From Actinomycetota bacterium (lineage in GTDB: Bacteria > Actinomycetota > Thermoleophilia > RBG-16-64-13), in contig JAHJSA010000023.1 in assembly GCA_018830645.1 (NCBI GenBank), positions 7,482 to 71,481 on the forward strand: 64,000 nucleotides of DNA. The letters run 5' to 3'. Shown here piece by piece: positions 22,718 through 31,214 of this stretch (positions within the stretch are counted from its first letter, which is position 1; every line of letters begins with the position of its first letter). The translations under genes and the position numbers were made by a program. Below the pieces are notes generated by a model. The model was given only the letters and a program-made list of their open reading frames with translations, was not told where the DNA came from and did not search any database.

Positions 22718-24244
22718 TTAGTGGCCGACGCCGGCCGGCTTCACGCCGATGATGTCCATGGTCGTCTGGTCGAGTCCGAGCGCGCGCAGACGTTCTCGGC
22801 TGCCACGCAGGCTCTCGATGGCGTTCACCCCGACAGCTCCAAGCACCTCGGCGATCTCGTGACTCCACGCGCGGATCAGGTTGGACACGCGTTCGGCGCC
22901 CCACTCCGGATCCAGGCGGCGAGTGAGCTCCGGGCGCTGTGTGGTGATGCCCCACGAGCAGCAGCCCGTGTGGCACTTCTGACACACGTGGCAGCCCATA
23001 GCGACCAACAACGCGGTGCCCACCCCGCAGGCGTCGGCGCCGAGTGCGATGGCCTTGACGATGTCGGCCGAACTGCGGATCCCGCCTGCGGCGACGATCG
23101 AGGCGCGGTTGCGGATGCCCTCGTCGCGCAGACGCTGGTCGACGACCGCGATCGCGATCTCGATGGGGATACCAACGTGATCGCGGATGATGGTCGGAGC
23201 CGCCCCGGTGCCGCCCTTGAATCCGTCGAGGTAGACGATATCGGCTCCCGCCCGCACGACGCCGGACGCGATGGCGGCCACGTTGTGCACGCAGGCGATC
23301 TTCACCGAAACCGGCTTGTAGCCGGTGGCTTCCTTGATGGCGTAGATGAGCTGCCGCAGGTCTTCGATGGAGTAGATGTCGTGGTGCGGGGCAGGCGAGA
23401 GGGCGTCGGTGCCCTGGGGGATCATGCGGGTGGTCGAGACCTGTTCGTCGATCTTCTCGCCGGGCAGGTGGCCCCCGATGCCGGGCTTGGCACCCTGGCC
23501 AATCTTGATCTCCACCGCCGCGCCGGCCTGCAGGTAGTCGGCGTGCACGCCGAAGCGGCCCGAGGCGCACTGCACGATGATGTTGTCCTGGTAGGGCTCG
23601 AGATCGGCGTGTAGTCCGCCTTCGCCCGTGTTCATGAACGTGCCCGACGCCTTGGCCGCCATGGCCAGGGCCCGGTGCACGTTCAGCGACACCGACCCGA
23701 AGCTCATGCCCCCGAACACGATCGGGGTCTCCAACATCAGTTGCGGGTCGAGTTCGGTGAGGAGCTTCGGAGGCCCCCCGTCGCCGTTTCCATACCCCAC
23801 CACGATGGAGTCCGGCTTGCGGCCCAGGAACGTGCGCAGCTCCATGGGCTCACGCAGCGGGTCGATCGAGGGGTTGGTCACCTGGCACGCGTCGAGCAGA
23901 AGGTGGTCGAATATGCGCAGGTACGGCTTGTCGGTGCCCATGCCCGTGAGCAGCACCCCGCCTGTCTCGGCTTGGCGCCACACGGCCTTCCGCAGAGCTG
24001 ACGACATGCTGTCGGACTCCTTGTAGGCGAGGGGGTTCTTCTCGATGGTGATCGCGTCGGCCGGGCAGAAGGTGACGCAGCGATGGCACGCAGCGCACTT
24101 GGAATGATCGGGCATGGGGCGATCGTCGGCGTCGAGGTGGTACACACCCCAGCCGCACTGGTGCACGCAGCGCCCGCACTTGATGCACGCCTCGCGGTCG
24201 ATGCGCACTCGGAACTCAGGTCTGACGAAGGTCATCTCAGCCAT
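22718..24244 (-). CDS. Glutamate synthase FMN domain with N-terminal 2x[4Fe-4S]
   Basis: Two CxxCxxCxxxC motifs, MSFGS, NTGEGG, SGRFGV, EIKIGQGAKPGIGGHLPG, C-terminal Fe-S cysteines. Confidence 0.92.
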   Translation of the reverse strand: MAEMTFVRPEFRVRIDREACIKCGRCVHQCGWGVYHLDADDRPMPDHSKCAACHRCVTFCPADAITIEKNPLAYKESDSMSSALRKAVWRQAETGGVLLTGMGTDKPYLRIFDHLLLDACQVTNPSIDPLREPMELRTFLGRKPDSIVVGYGNGDGGPPKLLTELDPQLMLETPIVFGGMSFGSVSLNVHRALAMAAKASGTFMNTGEGGLHADLEPYQDNIIVQCASGRFGVHADYLQAGAAVEIKIGQGAKPGIGGHLPGEKIDEQVSTTRMIPQGTDALSPAPHHDIYSIEDLRQLIYAIKEATGYKPVSVKIACVHNVAAIASGVVRAGADIVYLDGFKGGTGAAPTIIRDHVGIPIEIAIAVVDQRLRDEGIRNRASIVAAGGIRSSADIVKAIALGADACGVGTALLVAMGCHVCQKCHTGCCSWGITTQRPELTRRLDPEWGAERVSNLIRAWSHEIAEVLGAVGVNAIESLRGSRERLRALGLDQTTMDIIGVKPAGVGH

Positions 24245-24253
24245 GGCAGACCT

Positions 24254-25495
24254 CTACGCGACCGCGTTGTACGCGGCTGAGGTGGCAAGGTTGACGCCGT
24301 CTTCCAGCCGCGCGATAACCGGCTCACCGGCACGCGGCATCCAGGTGAGCTCGGGTTTCGGGCAGATCTCGCGGATCGCTGACTCCTCGCTGGCCACGTA
24401 CACGGTCGTGCCCATGCGAGCCGCGGCCAAGGGCCGGAGCTTGATGCGGTCGCTGAGGGCCACCATTCCCTCGCCCATGCCCAGGACGACCGCGAACGGG
24501 CCGTTGAGCAGCGCGGGCCCGTAGACCGCCCGCAGAGCGGTGTACAGCTGACGGTCGTCCTTCTCCATCAGATCGATGTCCTTCCAGAAAGGACTGGCCA
24601 GCGCCTTGCAGGCGATCTCGACCGACAGCCCATGGCGTCGCAGCAAGAGGTCGAACAGATACGTGACCACCTCGGTGTCGGTGCGCATCGAGCACTTGTA
24701 CCCGAACATCTCCAGGTAGCGCTGGTTGATGCCATACGAGCTGATCTCGCCGTTGTGAACGATGCTGTAGTCGAGCAGGCAGAAGGGGTGTGCGCCGCCC
24801 CACCATCCCGGCGTGTTCGTGGGGAAGCGACCATGGCCGGTCCAGGTCCAACCCCTGTACTCGTCGAGGCGGTAGAACTCGCCTATCTCCTCGGGAAACC
24901 CCACGCCCTTGAAAGCGCCCATGTTGCGCCCCGAAGAGGCGACGAAGGCTCCCTTGATGTGGTTGTTCACGTCCATGACCGAGTGGACCACGTAATCTTC
25001 GGCGCTCAGCTGCGTCTCGGCCAAACGCTCGTCGCTGATCTCGAGGAAGTATCGCCAGAGGATGGGCTCGTCTTCGATGCCGCGCACCGACTTCGACGGG
25101 ATCGGCTCGTGATGTAGGATCACGAAATGCCGCGCCAGGTAGTACTCGGTGTCGTCCTTGGCTACGTCGTCGTTGAAGAGCATGTGGAAGCAGAAGGCGT
25201 AGGGGAAGTCGGGATAGATGCCGTAGCCAGCGAAGCCTCCTCCCAAGCCGTTGCCACGGTCGTGCATCGAAGACATGCTGCGCAGAGCGAGCTCGCCGCT
25301 CATGCGACCGCCCGATTCGTCACACACGCCCATCAGTCCGCACCCACCCAGGATGCGTTCCTCGGCCTCGGCCGTGTAGGCCGGTCGCGGAACGAGGTCA
25401 CTCGAACGCGAACCTGGCGCGGGCAGCCCCCCGTAGGGGCGCCTGGCGCTCCGCCTGTCGGCCTCGCCGAATCGGTTGAGACCGCGCGCGCTCAA
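24254..25495 (-). CDS. Glutamate synthase amidotransferase (class II GATase) domain protein
   Basis: Propeptide then CGLMG, RGNGLGGG, HGRFPTNT, AHPF, VHNGEI, TDTE. Confidence 0.9.
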   Translation of the reverse strand: MSARGLNRFGEADRRSARRPYGGLPAPGSRSSDLVPRPAYTAEAEERILGGCGLMGVCDESGGRMSGELALRSMSSMHDRGNGLGGGFAGYGIYPDFPYAFCFHMLFNDDVAKDDTEYYLARHFVILHHEPIPSKSVRGIEDEPILWRYFLEISDERLAETQLSAEDYVVHSVMDVNNHIKGAFVASSGRNMGAFKGVGFPEEIGEFYRLDEYRGWTWTGHGRFPTNTPGWWGGAHPFCLLDYSIVHNGEISSYGINQRYLEMFGYKCSMRTDTEVVTYLFDLLLRRHGLSVEIACKALASPFWKDIDLMEKDDRQLYTALRAVYGPALLNGPFAVVLGMGEGMVALSDRIKLRPLAAARMGTTVYVASEESAIREICPKPELTWMPRAGEPVIARLEDGVNLATSAAYNAVA

Positions 25496-26844
25496 CGCTC
25501 CGCCTTCCGCGCGGACAGCATCTTCTTGAGTTCCTCTCCCCCGGTGCGCGGCAGTGGATCCAGCCCCAGTTTGGTCCGGGCGCTCTCCCTCGGCTCGCCC
25601 AGCGATCCTGTCGACAGGAACATGTCATACGCCGAGCGCACCGCAGCCGGCACGCTGCCACGTTCCGCTGACAGCTCCTTCAGCTTGCGGAACACTTCGG
25701 CCATACCCAGCCGGCTATGGCACCGCTCGTAGCACGTGTAGCACTCGAGGCACTTCCACAGGTCGGCACGGTCGATCACCCCGTCGATGTCGCCGGACAA
25801 GATCTCGCCGATGATGCCGGTCGGGCTGAAGCCCGATCCCGCCTTCGTGACCGGACAGTCTTCCTCGCAGGCATGGCAATCGGCGCACTTCTGCAGTTCG
25901 GTCACCGCGAAGTCGCGTGCGATCTCTCGATGCTGGGCGGCTCTCTCGTTCCACTTCTCGAGGAAAGGCTCGGTGCTCACTCGGTGCATCGAGAGCCCGA
26001 TCTCGTCGGGCTCGTGGCCGAGCGTAAGCGCGAACAGCTCCGAGTAGTAGAAGACAGGGAGACCGGCCCGGGCCTCGGCTCCCCGAAGGAGTGAGGCTTG
26101 ATTCAAGTCGAACTGCTGAAGACAGGAGGGGCACACCACCACGAGCGCATCCACTCCCACTCCAGTGAGGTCATCGAGCTTGTTCCGGCAGAGATCGAGG
26201 GCACTGTCGCGCTCGCCGACGCGGTCGAGAGCGCCGCCGCAGCAGTCCATCTTGGTCTCGTAGTCAACGACGGTCGCGCCCAGGGCCCGCACCAGGTCTT
26301 CGAGTTTGGTGGGATTGGTCGAGCTATCCCAACGCACAGCCGGGCTTGGCCGCAAGAGGTGGCAGCCGTAGTGCACGGCCACGCGCATGCCCCACAGGGG
26401 CTTCTGCACCATCTTCGCGATGGCGGCCGGGCCGAGCTCCTCGTAGAGCCACTCGGCCAGGTGACTCACCGCGGGCAGCGACACCTCACGTGGGTGGCCC
26501 TCACCTTCCGAGACGATGTCGGCGACTCGGTCGGCGAGCCGCCAATCGGCCCGAAGGGTCGCCGAGACCGACTTGAACGTTGAGTAGCAGCCGTTGCAGG
26601 GGGTGACGATGGAGACACCCGCTTCGTCGGCCAGGAAGAGGTTCCGCGCGGCCGTGGCGTAGTAGGCCTCTTCATCCATGGCCTTCATCAGCGTGCCTTC
26701 AGGGCAGCACGTGTAGCCTTCCACCGCGACGGGTAGGCCACCGGCGGCGGCGATTGCGATCCTCGTGGACTTCTCTATGAACGGGAAGCGGGCTGGGATG
26801 GTGCAACCCCAGAACACCGAGAACGTCTTGGGCATCACTGTCAC
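25492..26844 (-). CDS. Heterodisulfide reductase HdrB-like (2 CCG domains) fused to an HdrC-like 4Fe-4S domain
   Basis: TCCP..TPCNGC, HYGCHLLRP, DCCGG..CPSC; C-terminal CADCHACEEDCP and CLECYTCYERC. Confidence 0.85.
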   Translation of the reverse strand: MTVMPKTFSVFWGCTIPARFPFIEKSTRIAIAAAGGLPVAVEGYTCCPEGTLMKAMDEEAYYATAARNLFLADEAGVSIVTPCNGCYSTFKSVSATLRADWRLADRVADIVSEGEGHPREVSLPAVSHLAEWLYEELGPAAIAKMVQKPLWGMRVAVHYGCHLLRPSPAVRWDSSTNPTKLEDLVRALGATVVDYETKMDCCGGALDRVGERDSALDLCRNKLDDLTGVGVDALVVVCPSCLQQFDLNQASLLRGAEARAGLPVFYYSELFALTLGHEPDEIGLSMHRVSTEPFLEKWNERAAQHREIARDFAVTELQKCADCHACEEDCPVTKAGSGFSPTGIIGEILSGDIDGVIDRADLWKCLECYTCYERCHSRLGMAEVFRKLKELSAERGSVPAAVRSAYDMFLSTGSLGEPRESARTKLGLDPLPRTGGEELKKMLSARKAER

Positions 26845-26905
26845 CTGCTGAGTCTTGCGCCTTTATGCCGAGCGACACGAGATTACCGAGCACCCCCGAA
26901 GTCGT

Positions 26906-28048
26906 TCATCCACTGGGGGTAAGACAGTCTACCCCCGGAGGTCGCCTCGCATTCATGTACATCTGGCGTACAGGGCCACCCGCCTTCGTGGCCACATGTA
27001 CTACGTAGCCGAGACTTCGGGCGCGCCGGAATCCCGCTGGAGGCGGAGAGTATGTCTCGAGCGGGTTGGCGGGAAGCCCCTGGCGGGGCGAGCCGTGGTT
27101 GTAGTCTCGCGGCGCCACGTCGTTCGGCGAATCCGGATAGAAGATCGAGGCAAGGGTTTGGATGTGGTCCCTCCCGGGCCCGAGCTCGAACTGCCCGCCG
27201 CCGTACATGGGGATCGACTCCGCCTGACAGAATCCGATCGCTTCGAGCAACCGAGCCAGTGAGCCGAAGCGAGAGGGTTTGATGTTGATGGCCCCAGGTC
27301 GAGAGGCCAGCGCCTGTATGTCGGCGACCGAGTGGATGGGCGCATCCCAGCTGATGCGATCCTGTGCGTCGGCGATGAGCTCGAGCGCTTCATCGCATGG
27401 CGCGGGGTCCTCGATCCACACATCGGGGAAGCTCTCGACCACCCGACGGTAGAGGGCGGGGTCGAAGTCTTGATCGACCGGAGTACCGCGATAGGCCCCC
27501 TTGAGGTCGACCACGCGCACACGGCCGGTATCGGCGAGAGCGCGGCAGAGGTCGGGGCTCCACGAACTCTGCGCGTCGAGCTTGAACTCCAGCGAGGGCT
27601 GCGCTTCTAGCCAACCCAACACCACCATCGCGTCGGGAGGGTCGCCCAGCCGCGTCGAGACGACGAAGCGTGTGGGACGTTCCCCCACCCCGAGCGCACC
27701 ACCGAGTGATAGCCCGTTCTGGCGCAGGGCCAGATCGAGCGCGGCGCTCTCGAACCCCCACCGCGAGTAGGCCTCGGTCTCCAAAGGCAGGAGCGGTTCG
27801 AGCAGGGCCGAGAAACCGGCGAGATCGCCCTCGTAGCGCAAGTCGAACCGGGAGTGCACCGGGAGCACCGCCTCGTGGGCGGCGGCATCGTAGGTGACGT
27901 CTTCACCGCGCCCCTCCTCCCCCGCTCCCCGAAGGGTCACCACGGTGGTGACCCGCGTGAACCCGCTGGACACGTCTCGGCTCAGGGACGCGAGCCCGTG
28001 CCCCTTGACCGCCAGGGAGAGACCGGCCACACGCGCGTAATCGGTCAT
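26906..28048 (-). CDS. Enolase-superfamily-like hypothetical protein
   Basis: GEEGRGED, ESAALDLAL, FKLD, IEDP, WDAPIHS, NIKPSRFG. Confidence 0.65.
   Translation of the reverse strand: MTDYARVAGLSLAVKGHGLASLSRDVSSGFTRVTTVVTLRGAGEEGRGEDVTYDAAAHEAVLPVHSRFDLRYEGDLAGFSALLEPLLPLETEAYSRWGFESAALDLALRQNGLSLGGALGVGERPTRFVVSTRLGDPPDAMVVLGWLEAQPSLEFKLDAQSSWSPDLCRALADTGRVRVVDLKGAYRGTPVDQDFDPALYRRVVESFPDVWIEDPAPCDEALELIADAQDRISWDAPIHSVADIQALASRPGAINIKPSRFGSLARLLEAIGFCQAESIPMYGGGQFELGPGRDHIQTLASIFYPDSPNDVAPRDYNHGSPRQGLPANPLETYSPPPAGFRRARSLGYVVHVATKAGGPVRQMYMNARRPPGVDCLTPSG
26947..26972. promoter_or_regulatory. Palindromic operator TGTAC-N7-GTACA, copy 2 (upstream of the hdrBC-glt operon)
   Basis: TCGCATTCATGTACATCTGGCGTACA. 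Confidence 0.55.
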
Positions 28049-28064
28049 GCCTGCTCCTTCTGCG

Positions 28065-28943
28065 TTAGAGAGCCCGCCACGATTCGGGACGCATCACACC
28101 TGTGTCCGGGGCGTCGAGGAACGTGTCGAGCGCGCTAAGCATGCTCTCCTTGTCGGCCGGCAACCTGCCACCCACGGAGACGTAGTTGGAGGCGTGGTTC
28201 GAACGGAACAGCGCGTCAGATACGTTCGTGTGCGCGAGGATCGTGCGGAGCTCACTCAGCATTGACAGAGGATCGGGCACCACGAACTCCCCATTCGCCA
28301 CCCGGCGAGCGAGGGGTGTGCCCTCTACCACCATCAGACTGAGTACGCCGATGAACTGTGGGTCGGTGGCCGAGAGGGCGCGCCCGGTAGCGACGGCGTG
28401 CACCTGCGAGCGTTCCACGCCCGCGAGGCCGAGGATGGCGGTGATGGACATGCTCATGCCGGCGTTGACGGCGCGACGAGAGGCCTCGACCTGCTCCGCG
28501 ACCGTGACGCGCTTGTTGCAGGCTTCGAGGGTGGCGTCATCGCCGGATTCGAGGCCCAAGAAGAGCAGGGTCAGGCCGGCGGCCGCCAACCGGGTCAATT
28601 GCTCCGGGCTCTTCCGCAGCAGCGACTGAGCGGTGGCGTAGGAGCTCACCCGCTCAAGGTGCGGGAGCTCGTCGTGTAGGAGTGAGAGCAGCTCGAGCAG
28701 ACGGCTCTGGGGGAGCATGAGCGCGTCTCCATCGGCTAGGAACACGCGTCGCGCGTGTCGCTTGACCGCCAAGGGAAGACCCCGTACGTCCTCCACGACC
28801 TCCGAGAACGGCCGCACACGAAAGGGCTTCTCCAGGTACGTGGCGCAGAAGGTGCAGCCGTTGTTCGAGCACCCGTAGGTGACTTGAAGGATGAGGCTAT
28901 CTGCTTCACTGGGCGGCCGGATGACGGCGCCTTGGTAGCGCAT
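28065..28943 (-). CDS. Radical SAM protein
   Basis: RPPSEA, CSNNGCTFC, FLADGDAL, LGLESG, FRSNHASNY. Confidence 0.88.
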   Translation of the reverse strand: MRYQGAVIRPPSEADSLILQVTYGCSNNGCTFCATYLEKPFRVRPFSEVVEDVRGLPLAVKRHARRVFLADGDALMLPQSRLLELLSLLHDELPHLERVSSYATAQSLLRKSPEQLTRLAAAGLTLLFLGLESGDDATLEACNKRVTVAEQVEASRRAVNAGMSMSITAILGLAGVERSQVHAVATGRALSATDPQFIGVLSLMVVEGTPLARRVANGEFVVPDPLSMLSELRTILAHTNVSDALFRSNHASNYVSVGGRLPADKESMLSALDTFLDAPDTGVMRPESWRAL

Positions 28944-29197
28944 GCGCTGAACGATAGCACAGGGTCGCAGGACATGGTCGCGGGGCAGGTTCGCAGAACA
29001 CAGTCGCAGAAGAGGTTCACCGCTCGGGGGCGATGGCGTTCGGTCGACCGTTCCGCACGCTCCGGCGCGAGGGCGGGAGGCATGCGTCTCCGCGCATGCT
29101 AGGTCGGGCGGGTTCAGTGACGGGGTCATTACATTTGTCCGGCTCCGGTAGGGTAAACTCTGGTAGCAACGATCGAGCTGATCTGGAGTGCGCCGCA

Positions 29198-30265
29198 ATG
29201 GGAGACACATCGTCGATGGACGAGACGGGAGCCGAGCAGGCCGTCGCCACTGAAGCCGACACGGCATGCGCGCTGCCGGGCAACCTTCCGGCGAGTTCGC
29301 CGGCGCCAGGCGCCGGGTCCGCGGGCCGGGACATGGTCGCCACGTACCAGGTGTTCCAGCGGGTGCAGGAGGGCGTGGTCGGCCGGAGCCGCGAGGTACG
29401 CGAGATCTTCGCGGCCATCCTCAGCCGCAAGCACATACTGCTCGAAGGGCCCCCAGGCACCAGTAAGTCGACCATCGTGCGATCGATCGCACGCTCGATG
29501 AACGTGCCCTTCTACTTCATCGAGGGCTCCATCGACCTCACACCCTCGAAGCTCCTCGGCTACTTCAACCCCGGCAAGGTGTTGCAGGACAGTTACCAGC
29601 GCGAGTACTTCGAGATGGGCCCCCTCACTCAGGCCATGGAAGAGGGTGGTGTGCTCTACTTGGAGGAGTTCAATCGCATGAGCTCCGAATCGGCCAACCT
29701 CCTGATCACGCCGATGGAAGAGGGCGTCATCAACATTCCGCGCTACGGCCAGGTCACGGCCCTCGACGGCTTCACCATCATCTGTTCGCAGAACCCCTAC
29801 GACGATGTCGGAACTCTGCAGGTGAGCCGCGCTTTCCTCGATCGGGTGGTGCGCATCCGCATGGACTACCAGTCGGAGGAAGAGGAGATCGAGATCGTCA
29901 AGTTGCGGTCCTGCAACTACGACGACGGGCTGGCCAAGACCGCCGTCCGAGTGACGCGCCTCACCCGCGACACACCTGAGATCAAGCTGGGCGCCTCGGT
30001 CCGCGCGGCCATCGACATCGTGACGATCGTGCAGAACCTCACCCTCCTCTCCGACGACGAGTTGCGTGCCGAAGACCTGGCGGATGCCTGCAAGATGGCC
30101 CTCACGAGCAAGATCTGGCTCTTGGAGACCATCAACGTGACCCCCGAAGAGGTGGTCGACCGCGTGATCGCCCGCGCCCGTCGCGAGCTCGGCGCCGACT
30201 TCTACCTCGGCGCCGACCAGGATAAAAAAAAAGTTTCGCAGAACTCCTGGAGGAGTCGGGGATAG
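29198..30265 (+). CDS. MoxR-family AAA+ ATPase
   Basis: LLEGPPGTSKS, GVLYLEEFNR, SQNP, FLDR, GASVRA; 3' end contains an A9 tract. Confidence 0.9.
   Translation: MGDTSSMDETGAEQAVATEADTACALPGNLPASSPAPGAGSAGRDMVATYQVFQRVQEGVVGRSREVREIFAAILSRKHILLEGPPGTSKSTIVRSIARSMNVPFYFIEGSIDLTPSKLLGYFNPGKVLQDSYQREYFEMGPLTQAMEEGGVLYLEEFNRMSSESANLLITPMEEGVINIPRYGQVTALDGFTIICSQNPYDDVGTLQVSRAFLDRVVRIRMDYQSEEEEIEIVKLRSCNYDDGLAKTAVRVTRLTRDTPEIKLGASVRAAIDIVTIVQNLTLLSDDELRAEDLADACKMALTSKIWLLETINVTPEEVVDRVIARARRELGADFYLGADQDKKKVSQNSWRSRG
30224..30256 (+). other. Candidate -1 frameshift/slippage site (A9 plus hairpin)
   Basis: GAT AAA AAA AAA GTT; the -1 frame is open from 30226 straight into the VWA ORF; downstream stem ACTCC-tgga-GGAGT. 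Confidence 0.65.
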
Positions 30266-31119
30266 AGCTGCTCAAGCGTCGATTCGACACCGGTGAGATC
30301 ACCGCGTTCGAGATGGCAGAGGCCATCAACCTCGACCCTCAGATGCAGCAGCAGTTCCTCGACGACGAGGAGTTCATAAAGTACTTCGCAAAACTGAACC
30401 ACCTTCTTCGCTCTCGCCTGCGCGAGAAGGCGTTCGTCCTCGCAAAGAGACTGATCTTGAAGGTGGCAAGCCAACTGGTGGGAACCGGAGTGCGCAAGGG
30501 CACCCTTCACCTTCGCCAAGGGACCTTCACCGACGAGATCGACATCGACGCGACCCTCGAGAACCTGGTCACGAACCCACTCGGAGATCTTGAGGAGAAC
30601 CTCGCGATCTGGGACCGCAAGCGAGAGGAGATCGGGTTTGTCATGATGTTCGACCACAGCTACTCCATGCGTGGGCCGAAGATCGTGCTCGCAGCGCTCT
30701 GCATAGCCGCCATCGCAATCTACTTCAAGAAGAACTACGGCGTGGTGGCGTTCAGCACCGATGTGGAGACGGTGAAGACCATCACCGACAAGATACACCA
30801 CGAGACGCTGCTTGATCGCGTCTTCGATCTGCCTATCGAAGGGCTCACCAACATATCGGGCGCCCTTGCCACCGGCCTCGGTCAACTCAAGAGCTACAAC
30901 AAGAAGTTCGGTCTCCTGCTCACCGACGGGGGTTGGACCACCGGCGAAGACCCCATGGCCGTCGCTTCACGGTTCGATCGCCTGAACGTGATCGCCTTTC
31001 CCCCCGCGAATCCCGACAAGGTGCGCCTCATCGCGGAGGCCGGACGTGGTACGTTCCAATTCGTGGACAACGAGGAGGCGATCACCGGCGCGATCGTGAG
31101 AGCCTTGCAGGCGCATTGA
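30226..31119 (+). CDS. VWA-domain protein (probably the C-terminal part of an AAA-VWA frameshift fusion)
   Basis: IDIDATLE, MIDAS DHSYSM, TNISGAL, LLLTDG; first ATG at 30313 lacks an obvious SD. Confidence 0.85.
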   Translation, partial: KKSFAELLEESGIELLKRRFDTGEITAFEMAEAINLDPQMQQQFLDDEEFIKYFAKLNHLLRSRLREKAFVLAKRLILKVASQLVGTGVRKGTLHLRQGTFTDEIDIDATLENLVTNPLGDLEENLAIWDRKREEIGFVMMFDHSYSMRGPKIVLAALCIAAIAIYFKKNYGVVAFSTDVETVKTITDKIHHETLLDRVFDLPIEGLTNISGALATGLGQLKSYNKKFGLLLTDGGWTTGEDPMAVASRFDRLNVIAFPPANPDKVRLIAEAGRGTFQFVDNEEAITGAIVRALQAH

Positions 31120-31214
31120 CACGAACGGCGAGCGGCGCCGCCACGGTGATGCATGACGCCGCGTTGGCGCGCACGAGGCCGCAGAGGCGCTGCCCGCGCG
31201 ACGCCACAGCGGCC

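Noticed and set aside
20296..25495. glnA plus GATase/FMN/GXGXG genes as the N-methylglutamate pathway (gmaS-mgsABC)
   Set aside because: GlnA looks like ordinary GSI, the GATase has a GltB-type propeptide, the FMN subunit has an N-terminal ferredoxin as in split anaerobe GOGAT, and no mgd genes are present. Not fully excluded without a phylogeny
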